NCBI GenBank assembly: GCA_002269645.1
Contig: NIVC01000637.1
Coordinates: 101,866-165,865 of the forward strand
DNA length: 64,000 nt
DNA from: Macrostomum lignano
Lineage: Eukaryota
Direction: 5' to 3'
Made by a program: the position numbers and the translations under genes. The notes under the pieces were generated by a model. It ran no database searches and was not told where the DNA came from. It saw only the letters and a program-made list of their open reading frames with translations. The stretch's first letter is position 1, and every line of letters begins with the position of its first letter. Of the stretch, positions 13,101 to 25,516 are shown piece by piece.

Positions 13101-13745
13101 CCATCGCTGATAACTCAGCATCAATATCCCATCCCTGATACTCCAGCATCAATATCCCATCCTTGATACTCCAGCATCAATATCCCATCCTTGATACTCC
13201 AGCATCAATATCCCATCCCTGATACTCCAGCACCAATATCCCATCCCTGATACCTCAGCATCGATATCCCATCCCTGATACTTTGGTCTGAGACTCCAGT
13301 GGTATTTAACGAAACTCCAACCTCATTGCAGAGTCCTTCAGCATCCACACTGCATCAGCTTACCGGACACCTCCTTGTCCCTGTAGTCATAGACAACGCT
13401 CTCCAGTTGCAGTCTGTAGATGGCGGCGCTCTCTGAGTCCGGCTCCACCTCGCCATCGCACTGGCTGTATGGGCAGACACCTTCCGAGTCCACAGACTTC
13501 AAGCAGCACTATGGAAATTGTGCACCAACAGTTCATATTTAGATACTCGTACAGGCATGCAAGTTTAAATGAATAATCATTTTCATTTAGTCAAAATTCA
13601 AACCCGAATGCAGATCTGCAGCAGCGGATGGTGACATGCGTCAGTCAGTGGCTCCAGTGGATATTCATTTGATGGTTTGTCAATGCAGCAGCTGCTGCAC
13701 TTCATTGTCCAATTTGCATGCATTAGAATGCCATTTTGTCACTGG
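10180..13745 (-). CDS. RING finger + ubiquitin-like + TerD-like domain protein; exons 13745-13604, 13508-13364, 12091-11847, 11124-10792, 10515-10180
   Basis: All junctions are GT-AG with matching phase. RING: CSSC...CHH...CIRC...CPYSQC. UBL: LNLSVSFMSGDTAIISAQSLDSLNAFKLKLQQK...IKILMGGTSLEGDHRTLADLGI. TerD-like: KIRFSMSWGW...YLDTAC...IQHCGN...VTHLLFLMSAW...LIVCLLKK...WQIV...GDARNY. In-frame TGA at 13741-13739; next ATG at 13723 (392 aa). Confidence 0.8.
11210..11810. repeat. 29-bp intronic minisatellite (GCACTGGTGAGGTGCAGAGGGGAACAGAT)n, about 20 copies
   Basis: Direct reading. Confidence 0.95.
12118..13280. repeat. 28-bp intronic minisatellite (GATACCTCAGCATCAATATCCCATCCCT)n, about 41 copies
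   Basis: Direct reading. Confidence 0.96.
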
Positions 13746-14541
13746 CTAAACTTATTCAAAAACCAAAACTTGTATTTACTATTTAAAAAGTAGCTTTCAA
13801 AACATTGTTGCATCAATAGAATTTGATTAATAAGCATGCTTTGATATACATATAATAATTTTTTTTAAACTGTCATGAGAGAGTTATGAGTCCTAGGTCC
13901 TAGATAGAAGATGCAAGACTCTTAGACATTTTGGTGGCTATAGGAAAATTTTAGCATATATTTATTATGCCTTTGCTAAGTATTTTTTAAAATAAATATG
14001 TGATCTTTTACAAGGGGAAAAGTAAATTTAACCTTTGATATTCCTTAGATAAGTCCTTAATACTAAATAGATATTAAATAATAATATTATTACAATGCCA
14101 CAAAAGCAACTATACTTTTTTCTTTTCTTATTATATTAATATTGATTTTTAGAATAAATTTATTTAGTATATTAGCTATTTATCTGTGTGATATCTATTC
14201 AATATGATTTGATATCATTTAATTCTTTGGTTTAAAACCAATGTTTAATATATTTATACAGTTAATTCTATATGATAGACTAGAAAAAAATTATGCATGT
14301 TTTAAGAAATAATATATACAAATGCAGAAACTATCAGTTTATTATATTAATTTTAACTTCTACTAGCATTTTTATTTGGACACTAGTGTCCAACTATAGT
14401 TATAGATATAGAAACATATTAAATAAAAAACGAAATAAATGATTTGATTTTTTATCTATAACTAATTAAAATTTAATTCATAAAAAGTAAAAAGCCTGAA
14501 AAACCACATTTAGTGCAAACAAGAAAAAGAAAGATTAAGTA

Positions 14542-14894
14542 CTGGGTTTTTTAGGCCATACAGTAGCCACTGGCTACCCAAAAAAGCCATTGGCAACTGG
14601 ATTTGTGCCATCAGAGGCCAATCTGGCAACCAACTTGAACCAAGGCAGTTGCCAATGATAAAACAGTCTGTCACATTTTATTACTACTAAGATTGGCTTG
14701 GCTGAAAACCTGAAGCCTGAGCTGATTCAAGCATATTCTTTTTTTATCAATGTGTGAAAATTGTGCTTCGCATATGATTTTTGCTATGCACAGGCACTGG
14801 GACACTGAAATAGGTCAGTTGCCAGTTGGCAACTGAGGATGGCAATTGGCAACTAAATTTTGAGTGGCAACTGGATTTTGGACAAAAAACCCAG
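14542..14894. mobile_element. MITE, 353 bp, 11-bp TIR, 8-bp TSD
   Basis: CTGGGTTTTTT...AAAAAACCCAG flanked by ATTAAGTA on both sides (14534-14541, 14895-14902); internal TTGGCAACT/AGTTGCCAA motifs. Confidence 0.8.
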
Positions 14895-17387
14895 ATTAAG
14901 TATACAACCAAGAATTGATAAGGTACGAGTAATAAAGGAAAGACTAAACAAAGATATAAGGCAACCAAACTAAAGAAATGATTTAGAAATTTGAAATAGG
15001 ATAAAAATTAGAAATAAATAAAACTGGTTTTTACACATTTTAAACATTATAAGCACCAGTGTTGCCACTACAACAACCAAAGAAATTATTGCAGGATAAG
15101 AAAAAAATTGCAGGAACAAATTTCTTATTTGTCATAGAAAAAAGGGTGCCAGTATATGAAAAAAAAATTATTTTAAGCTTTCCATTTTTAATTCCATTTT
15201 CTATTTGACCAAAAAGAACTACTACAATTTGCAATAACTGTATACAACTCTCATTTACGCCAAATCAGTGAAGTAGTCATACAACACAAGCATTTTATTA
15301 AGGGAAGACAGGCATATATATAATATAGATTACTGTTGTTCATTATGGAACTGACCCAAGAAACCAACTAAAATACAGGATGCCACAATTGCTGATGAGT
15401 AATAACAATTTTACAACTAAATTTCATGCTATATTCAAGTTGTCTGAATCTGTTCTCAATTCTATATATCTGAAATGAATTCTTTTAATATTTTAATTGT
15501 TGATCAATGTTGGTAACTATATGGGAAGAAATACTTTTATGTGAATCTTTGTTTGGCTAGTCAAACGTTAGTCAGGCAAAACTGCAGGCTCTTCAGTGGA
15601 TGTTAATTTTTTCTTTGGAACCTTTGGCAGAACAGATCAAGCGCCGAACTCTGCCTGTCTCTTTTGCTGAGCCGTTTTGTCAGCAGCTTTCTTCAGTGCT
15701 CGCTTGACTGCAGCATGCTCAATCTCCTTTTGCCAAGCTTCAAAACTGGAGGCTTGCACAGCCTCACGCTATATTGATGACATTCATGACACTCAAATTG
15801 AGCACAAAATGAAACACAGTACTTGATAAAAACTTGAAAGGACTTATATCCACAAAAGAATCATATGAAACAAGCATAGGCCCTAATGGATAAAATTATT
15901 GCTGAGCAATTAAAAATTGCTGAATGATGAAAAATCGCAGTGGTGGCAACACTGATAGGCACTTTAAATTTATAAAAATGTCTAAAAAGGCATAAAAAGG
16001 GTTATAATCATTCAATCAACTAAACTAAAGAATATAAAAAGATCATAAATGTTTTTACACAACATTGCCTAGTCTCCTAACAATTTTCTAGGTCTCTTTT
16101 AAAGAGAAAAATGGCAGCTGCCTTACACTTTTTTCAACTATGGCCTTAAATGACATTTTCTCGATTCTGTTATCTAATTATTAGAATTAGGCCTAGTCAT
16201 TAGATAATTTCATTTCTCTTCTTGGATACTGAAAATCAATCATAATTAACCTATTAAACTAGTTACTTGTCCGTTTTTATAAACAAATTAGACTCTCTTA
16301 GCTACTAGGTCTACTGAAAGGCTTAAAAATCGTGTACAGACAACTGAATTTTTCTTTTATAGTTTCACTCAAAGGTCATAATTCTAAGTATAAATTAGGA
16401 TTCCAATAAGTGAAAAATTAACATCCTTAGAACACAAAATTACATACAATAACACTTTGATCTATTTAACTTCGTTCTTATAACTAGAAAGAGCAAGAAA
16501 CTGAGGTTCTTAAAAATGACGATCGATCACCATTTGATCAATCATGCGTGGCAGTGAGCTCGATCATGTATTTTTTAAAGTCAAGTTCGAAAATTAAATC
16601 GCGAAAACGAAAAGCGAAAATCTTTGAAGAACTAAAAAAATAATGGCTTAGCACCTTTTAAATGTAATATAAAACAAAAAGCTTAGCTTTCATATTAAAT
16701 AGTCACGAAATTCGTGGTCTATTAGTATAGTGCATAGCTACTTTGTTATAATCGATAGTTTCGTTACTTTTAAATTAAATAGTACAAAATGAACGGAATT
16801 ACACTACTGTAATTTTCAGCTAAGCTCGCTAAGGTATCTATGATGCCGTAATTCGGAAAGACAAATTTTTATCAATATCGACCAACAACCGCATACATGT
16901 ACTTGAGCAGAAGGATGGTAACATGACACTAGCTGTGTACACGTAACATCAGAAGATAATTACTTTTTAAAGTCTGGCTTTCCGAGAAAAATTGCCTTAC
17001 CGCAGGAAATCTTCACTCTCTCAACACAGAAAAGCAATAGTTGTTTACAGCAGAGTTTTAATACTCGTATCTTAATTTGAATCGTCCTTGCTTTTCTTGC
17101 GACTCTCTAAGGCTTACAATTCAATTAACCTCTAAGTCTTCAGGATCCTATGCAAAGTTGGATAATAGAAACGTGATATTCTATTGTCTTTCGTCCTAGA
17201 CGGGCTCAATGCGGCTGGGGATGAGGAAGCGTAGGTCCCAGAGCTCTCCTCTTTCATAGTGCACATCTTACAGGGACTTAGAATATTACAGCTGCTATGA
17301 TTATTTTGTTGGAGATACCACCGATACTGTCGGTGATAATTGGTACTTTGATCCTCAGCTTCTATTTCATGCTATACTGCGACAGGC

Positions 17388-17827
17388 GGTTTACCCCCGA
17401 CTCGCCGAATCCCGATTTGCCGATTCCCATCTCGATTTGCCGATTTTGCTTGTTTCATTCACTCTACTATTTCTTAGTGACTTACTAATACTAATACTCA
17501 AGAAATAATAGAGTAAATGATAGCAAGCAAAAATGTACACAAGGTTCGAACAAAGAATGGCTTATCTATTAGCTAGCACAGGCCACAGGCATTACCAGAG
17601 ATTCGACGTAGTACGAATTGACCTAATAGTGAATTCGCCGAGTCGGGAATTCGGCGAATCAGGAAATCGGCAAGTCGGGATTCGGCAAATGAGGAATTTC
17701 GGCAAATCAGGAATTTCGGCAAATCGGGAATAGGCGACTCGGGAATTTCGGCGAACCAGGAATCGGCGAATCAGGATTCGGCGAGATGGGAATCGGCAAA
17801 TCGGGATTCGGCGAATCGGGGTAAACC
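17388..17827. mobile_element. MITE, 440 bp, about 47-bp TIR starting GGTTTACCCC, 8-bp TSD (Merlin/MULE-like ends)
   Basis: TSD CGACAGGC at 17380-17387 and 17828-17835; TIR includes CGCCGAATCCCGATTTGCCGATTCCCATCTCG. Confidence 0.85.
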
Positions 17828-19081
17828 CGACAGGCGCACTGTCTACTCACACTTCATGCCACGTACAGTTCATGACAAATAAGAAAATAGGCAGAAACAG
17901 ACAAAGATTTGAATGGCTAATGCCCTGAATTTCCTGCCCTGCAAGCCGCACTAAAATACAAATAATTCGGTTAATTATTTACGTGAAACGGATTGAGAAT
18001 GAATTTATTAGAAAACGGTGAGCAAAAGGAGGTGAAGACCTGACTGGAAATACCCAGACAGCGCAAAGGAGGAAGAAACCTTAGCAGACACGGCTGACGG
18101 GCAGGGCTGCTTGGCGCGGTGGTCGTCGGGTGGTCACGGTAGCGGCTGCAGTCATGGATGAGCCAGGCGGAGGTCGCAATGATGGGGAAGTGGAAGACAA
18201 GTTAGCGGATGTCTAACTAGCGGAAGATCCTGAGGATCTATGAGCAATCAAGTGTTTAGGGGAATCTAGCTTGATTAACTTAGGACTGAGATCACGCGTC
18301 AGGCGATCACGTGAGCGTGAAGCGTGATATTGAAGGCCGTGACTTGTCCTTGACCTCCGTTACCAAGCAACCCTGATGACGTCACCCGCGCTGTGATTGG
18401 ACGAGAAATTTGGCGGTCGCAGAGGCGGGAAAAAGCTTGAGAGATAGGGAGTCATCATGAGACTGACATCCTAATGATCCCAATGAGTCATCCTGGGGCA
18501 CAGGTATCACAGGGGAGGAAGGCAGGATGCGCAAAAATTAGTGGGAGGCGCAGGACGTCCCTACATCAGACTATACAGTCCAACTTGAATTATTTCCTTT
18601 GTGGCCACGCATGTGGATTGAAATTGGAATTTATCCACCTGCATATACACAATAATTCAAAGCATATACTTTCGAAACGGAGCTCCTGGATTGCGTATTA
18701 AAGATAAATTCTTCTACAAATTAGAAAAGTTGGAGAACAGGAGCTAATAAAATTTCTCCCTGCCAGAGCGCTGCAGAAGTAGCTGTTCCATGTCCACTAG
18801 CTATAAGCCAAATGGAATCAGAAAGAACTGGTAATGTACAAGACGCTGGAATATCGTGTACTTTCGACAAAAATAGACAGTCTCACTTTGCCGATGCGAT
18901 TGTCGAAGCACGAGGTGGAGGTGTGTCACCTACACAGGTGTTCAACAAATTTTCTATCGCCATTTCAACCATACGGCTTATACTGTGTATTATTTCGCAT
19001 AATTTAGAAGCGTCAAGTCTCGCAGTGAGTCGTTCAAAAGTTTCTGCCTGCTTGCCGCTGCTCTCTCTTTTGCACGCTCAC

Positions 19082-21446
19082 TCCAGCTTGTTCGTCCACA
19101 CCGGAGGCACATAGCAGAAATTCTTGTAGCTATCGGGGCACCTCCTGTGCTTGGAGCTCAGCCCTGCAAGTTGTGTTTGAGACTGACTGACTGACTGACT
19201 GACTGACTGACTGACTGACTGACTGACTGACTGACTGACTGACTGACTGACTGACTGACTGACTGACTGACTGACTGACTGACTGACTGACTGACTGACT
19301 GACTGACTGACTGACTGACTGACTGACTGACTGACTGACTGACTGACTGACTGACTGACTGACTGACTGACTGACTGACTGACTGACTGACTGACTGACT
19401 GACTGACTGACTGACTGACTGACTGACTGACTGACTGACTGACTGACTGACTGACTGACTGACTGACTGACTGACTGACTGACTGACTGACTGACTGACT
19501 GACTGACTGACTGACTGACTGACTGACTGACTGACTGACTGACTGACTGACTGACTGACTGACTGACTGACTGACTGACTGACTGACTGACTGACTGACT
19601 GACTGACTGACTGACTGACTGACTGACTGACTGAATTGAGTGAGTGGGTGACTGACTGACTGACTGACTGACTTGAGTGAGTGGGTGACTGACTGACTGA
19701 CTGACTGACTGACTGACTGACTGACTGACTGACTGACTGACTGACTGACTGACTGACTGACTGACTGACTGACTGACTGACTGAATTGAGTGAGTGGGTG
19801 ACTGACTGACTGACTGACTGACTTGAGTGAGTGGGTGACTGACTGACTGACTGACTGACTGACTGACTGACTGACTGACTGACTGACTGACTGACTGACT
19901 GACTGACTGACTGACTGACTGACTGACTGACTGACTGACTGACTGACTGACTGACTGACTGACTGACTGACTGACTGACTGACTGACTGACTGACTGACT
20001 GACTGACTGACTGACTGACTGACTGACTGACTGACTGACTGACTGACTGACTGACTGACTGACTGACTGACTGACTGACTGACTGACTGACTGACTGACT
20101 GACTGACTGACTGACTGACTGACTGACTGACTGACTGACTGACTGACTGACTGACTGACTGACTGACTGACTGACTGACTGACTGACTGACTGACTGACT
20201 GACTGACTGACTGACTGACTGACTGACTGACTGACTGACTGACTGACTGACTGACTGACTGACTGACTGACTGACTTACTAAAGAAGGCCGCGTAGTCTT
20301 TGTACGCGCTGACGGCGATCATCAGGCAGTTCTCGAACTGCTTGGCGCCCAACTCCTCGTGGTCCATCAGAGCCTCGCTGACGTTGCGCAGCAGGGTTCG
20401 CGACGGGACGTTCACGCAGAGGGGCTCGCTGGTTCCGCTCATGTCTATGATTAGGAACAGCTGAGAGTTGTGCCGGTTGAAGGGAAAGAAGAACCTGTAC
20501 ACCTGACTGTACATGATGGACAAGTAAAACTTGTGCTTGAAGTCCCACATAAAGTCGCTCGCTCGTGGTAGTGGAATAGTCACCTGAACCCTATAGGGCA
20601 TATTATGGGCAAGTCGTTGTGGGTAAATATGCGGCCTGCTACTCGAAAACTTCCTGTATTGCTGATTCCCTCACGGCTACTATGAAAAGTAACTCACTTC
20701 AAAACCACATTATTCGCAGCTGTCTCAACTCTACAGACACCTCACTCCAGAGCCACCTTACTCCGCAGCCACCTCACTCCAGAGCCAACTCTCTCTACAG
20801 CCACCTCACTCCACAGCTACCTCACTCCACAACCACCTCACTCCACAACCACCTCACTCCACAGCCACCTCACTCCACAGCCACCTCACTTCACAGCTAC
20901 CTCACTCCACAACCACCTCACTCCGCAGCCACCTCACTCCACAGCCACCTCACTTCACAGCTACCTCACTCCACAACCACCTCACTCCGCAGCCACCTCA
21001 CTCCACAGCCACCTCACTTCACAGCTACCTCACTCCACAACCACCTCACTCCACAACCACCTCACTCCACAGCCACCTCACTTCACAGCTACCTCACTCA
21101 CCGCTATCTCAACTCCAAAGCCACCTTACTCTGCAGCCAACCTTAGCACATATACTTACTCAAACGGATAGAAGAGTGTGTCGGAGCTGACAAACTTCCT
21201 AAGGTTGACCCGGGCCAGTCGGACATCCGTGTTCAGCCTCACCAGGGGGCCCAAGTTGGGGAAGTTCGGCATCGTGTGCACATTGTAGCCGCTGATGAAC
21301 AGATCATACTGATGGTCGGCTGACGAGGAGACGGTCTGGGATTGGCTTATGAACTGGGTACTCGGCTGCTTCAGCTGCATTTGCATCTGCTGAGCAAGTA
21401 GGGATGGTTTCTCCTCCTGAGGTGCTGTGTCGCTATCGATCTCCAT
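19082..21446 (-). CDS. Upstream exons (21446-21160, 20590-20280, 19163-19082) of unknown function, probably the 5' part of the RING-UBL-TerD locus
   Basis: ATG at 21446; junctions GA|GTAAGT to TATAG|G, A|GTAAGT to TTGCAG|GG, and GA|GTGAGC are all phase-consistent; GC3-rich codons. No family recognised. Confidence 0.7.
19187..20277. repeat. (GACT)n microsatellite, about 1.1 kb, filling an intron
   Basis: Direct reading; an interruption block is duplicated at about 19634-19687 and 19783-19836. Confidence 0.98.
20740..21100. repeat. 16-bp intronic repeat (CACCTCACTCCACAGC)n
   Basis: Direct reading. Confidence 0.93.
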
Positions 21447-21879
21447 CAGCCAAGCCGCTGCTGAGCTTAACAAGATTCAGTCTTCTAGTCTTTTAACCTT
21501 TGTTTCTGAAGAGCCAAACAAATTCAGAACATATTTCGTACAACACAGTGTTTACACAGGGCGTGGATCTCGGCAAGCGTCTATGGCTTAACCTAAATGA
21601 AAAATGAGTTCCAAAAATAGAAGCTCAGCTGCATGGGAATGGGGATGGCTGAATGCGCTGCACAAATTTACTCGTAGCTTTTTGCAGCCCATTTGGGCTA
21701 ACGCGCATTGAATTTAATCTAAGATTCATTTGCAAATGTAACAGAGCTTTTGTCTATGGTAGCAAGGCTGGCACAGCGGCATTTTATTTGGTCCAACAAG
21801 CATCAATTTGGTCCATAGTTTCATTTTCAAGTGCTACGGAGGAGCAAGATCAGCCCCACAATTGTTGGACCAAATGCTA

Positions 21880-22335
21880 GGCTATCGAACGAATGCCATT
21901 GGCTTGTGATCGAAGCGCTTGACTGCAGAGGTGAACACCCAAAGAACATTGCAAGGTTGCTGAATGTAAAGGAAAAAATGGTTTACAGAATTCATTGCTA
22001 GTGCGTTGAAACCTCTTCCGGCAGAGGTCGCCTGCGAAGGGGTGGCAATCGCCAAGGCAAGTTGCGAGAGCCTCAGGTCCAGCTGCTACTCGATGCAGTT
22101 AAGACGAACCCTTTGTTCACTGTGCAGAAATGCAGCAAAAGTTGAGGGAACAGTTTCAGTCGGTTATCAGATTTCTACTATCAGCAGAGCTCTGGAAAAG
22201 CGACTGAAAATTGTCGGTAGAGACGCTGACATTCCAGCGGTACTCAGCAACCCGCAGACGGTTGCGAGAGGGCAAGAGTTTGCCGATTGGCTCACAAGCG
22301 TCTGGACCAAATTGATGCTTGCTGGACCAAATTAA
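21880..22335 (+). mobile_element. Degenerate Tc1/mariner transposase N-terminal fragment
   Basis: VIEALDCRGEHPKNIARLLNVKEKMVYRI (HTH), then LLLDAVKTNPLFTV...STISRALEKRLK...ARGQEFADW, with frameshifts and stops. Confidence 0.6.
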
Positions 22336-22497
22336 ATGTCAATGTGCCAGCCTTGCTACATAGACAAAAGCTCAATTGCATTGGCAAACATATCTTGGAA
22401 TTAACTCATGCGCGTAGGCCCAAATGGGATGCAAAAATCTATATTTATCGATATGATAGGACCGTACCGTGACAGGCAGCTCACTAAGTCCAAGAAC

Positions 22498-23131
22498 TAT
22501 CGCTTTTGACGCTCTAGATAAGACTTTAGACATTCAAAATAAGACTGCATAGGATCGCAAGCAAGGCCAGGCTAGCCACGGCCAGAGCATGCCCAGTCTT
22601 GGCTGCAGGAATGGCTTGGCCATAGACTAAAAAATGGAATATCAAAATGAGAATAAGACGCTCAATATGAGACTGAGTGTGAAAGCCTTCAGATATCGCT
22701 CTAACCCTCTGACCTTCAGCCAGCTCTCCTTCTTCACCCCTTGGGTTGCATCTGACCCCTTGGATTTCACTGTGATGGCACCATCGATTCCTGCAGCAGA
22801 CCGTCAGCGTCTGATCGACGCAGTAAACAATGGATCAACCATCCTAGCTGCCGCTCAAATTCTCAAGATCAAGAGAGCGTCCGCCTTGCCTAATTTCTCC
22901 TTAGCTGTTTGTATATGGTGACTGCCAAAAAGCAAATAAATTACGTTCACTCCCGGTCTCATATTGAGCGTCTTATTCTCATTTTGATATTCCATTTTTT
23001 AGTCTATGGCCAAGCCATTCCTGCAGCCAAGACTGGGCATGCTCTGGCCGTGGCTAGCCTGGCCTTGCTTGCGATCCTATGCAGTCTTATTTCGAATGTC
23101 TAAAGTCTTATCTAGAGCGTCAAAAGCGATA
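22498..23131. mobile_element. Foldback element with about 186-bp inverted arms and an internal Tc1-type HTH fragment
   Basis: 22498-22683 is nearly the reverse complement of 22946-23131; the spacer encodes MAPSIPAADRQRLIDAVNNGSTILAAAQILKIKRAS. Confidence 0.8.
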
Positions 23132-25516
23132 TTGAAGCTGATGGATGGAACCCTTGGTTTCTTAGACATTTTTGAAGACTGGCTTACACAAAAAGTACCC
23201 TACTGAGACAAAAATAGCGATCGTTTTTTATGGAGCCAGATCAACTGTTCATCTTTTAATATGAAAAGTCTGCTTTACTTCTCTATATGCATAAATTATG
23301 GATTGATACTCGTATAAGATTGAATCACGAACCATTTGCGATGGAAGTGCGCATGACAATCAATTATTTGTTTTGCCGAGCAACAAAGCAACAAAGGGCG
23401 CACTTAATTGACTCCTCACGAGTCGTCGGCATTTTTTACGAAGATTTATTGATAAAATTGGAAATTAGACCGCGTTTATTGTCTGAATGTTTACATGTAT
23501 GTGTAGCTCAACAGAGTTCTTTTTCACACATCAGTTGAATTAGTTTGACGCAACTCGAGCAGCAGAAGTTAAAATCTTACGTTGTGAATGCACGGATACA
23601 GTACTGGAGCAAGGACTTCTAGACTAACAGGACGTAAAACTCAAAGATCGTGCAATTTTTTGGAGGCCACGATTTCCTGGAAAAAATACACTGCGAAGAT
23701 AGGAAAAAATCAGTTTTTCGTCACAAAATCTGTGATTGTATTTGATCTGGGGCAGTCAAGACTACCATTCTTTTAATTTAACATGCACAATATGTTACTC
23801 TATTATATTTTAGTCTAGAAGTCCTTGTACTGGAGTCATGCAGTCAGCTGACAGGATGACATGACAGGACAGCAGGGCTACATGTTTGTACATGATGTAG
23901 CATTTTACGAGCGTGCTAACAAACTGCACAACTCACCTAAATCTACTGTTGTTGCACCGTCCGCACTTATGGCTCCTCTACTTACTTGACAAACGGAGAA
24001 AATAACCTATATAGCTTGATCACGATCGATGGAATTGCTGCTGATAACTTTTCATGTGTACGCGATTTCACTTTTTTAAAGAAAAGTGAATTTTATGATT
24101 TTGCTGATACAATGTATAGTAGGTTCCCTTGCTGAATATGCCCTCTTGCATAGCCGAAGGCATCACAGCTAAAGGAATCGTCCTGCTTAATGTGCAGAAT
24201 TAATTCTAATGTTAATCGTAAGCTTTAGCTAATGCTTCAAGAATGTATCTGAAAAATATCTGAGTGATGTTTTCCTGGTGTTTATCTGGGTGCAGCGCAG
24301 CTAGAGCTCTTTGTTATTTACAAATTCGATCTGAATTATAGCTCAAGAAAGATAATAAATTTTCTCGATCTATTGTCGTGTTTCCACTGTAAGTCTGTAA
24401 CATCAGTAAAATATGTTTGAAATTGTTAAATAATTTATTATTAATGTTATCAGATTTTTTGGCAGAAACAAAATAATATCCAGGAAGAAACTAGGTCAAA
24501 GAAAGACAAAATTACATTTGTAAAGACTGACAAAGATTTAAAATATAGACTCGGCGCTTTTTCATGAATTTTTCTTTACGGTGCTGGTTCTCAAAAATCT
24601 GAATTATTCAGGACGGGACGGGAAACTACGTTTCTTGGAAAATTTAAGGAGGCAGTTTTTTTACCGAAAAAATACATTATGGAGATACGAGGCCTTCATT
24701 TTTAGCAGAAAAATTGTTATAGCTTTTGATAGAAAGCAGACATAATGTTTATCTTTTGATATATCTTGTCTTGCCATTTCTATAGCTTTGCCTTTATTGA
24801 TATTCATAGAGATTTTTGATTAGGATTCTATAATAATAGGCCCCTATAATTTTATATCCTGATAACAGGCACAGTCCTAACGATCCTTAAAATCATTAAT
24901 CATAATTATATAAAAAATATAAACTATTGTAATCACCTCCCTCTCCCATGCCATGGATTTAGATTGACATTGACATTTTACCAAAGATACTTTAGCTTGT
25001 TTACTTTTAAGCAAAAAATCATACTTTAACCATAAATAATAGAAACACTTAGATGGGTCACTCGCCAATTTTATGAATAATCTACTTTCAATTGGGCGTC
25101 TGTATAGAGTTTTTTGGATATATTTGTGTAGAATTTTAATTTTTTATTTTGATTATGATGTATTGTAGATAAAAAAATTATTAACATTTCAGATTCTCAT
25201 TTTTAATTAAGGTTTATTTATACAGATGGGAAATAAAAACTTTTAACAAAAATGGGGCTTGGTTAAAACTTGTTAATAGTGACATGCACATTGCACTTGT
25301 GTATTTTTATGCACAGAGTCTTATCAACTTTTCATATATACAAAAGATATTTCACAAAAAATATTATAGGGGCCTATAAGGCTATATGTATAGGGCACAT
25401 GACTAAGACCGCCACACATCAAGACCACCACAGCTATTACTGGCTACTGGTATTGAGGGGGAGCTACCAATCTTCTAGCATTGCTATTTCTCTCATAGCA
25501 TAGGTTCTTTTCTTGC

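Noticed and set aside
17200-17290. Coding-looking minus-strand stretch (ERGELWDLRFLIPSRIEPV)
   Set aside because: Bounded by stops, with no usable splice sites.
18887-19077. 63 open codons after the TGA at 19078-19080, ending at another phase-2 donor
   Set aside because: Codon usage is AT3-rich, unlike the true exons, and a good donor exists at 19082; probably chance.
19078-20601. 507-aa SVSQ-repeat ORF
   Set aside because: It reads through a (GACT)n intron bounded by a canonical phase-matched donor and acceptor.
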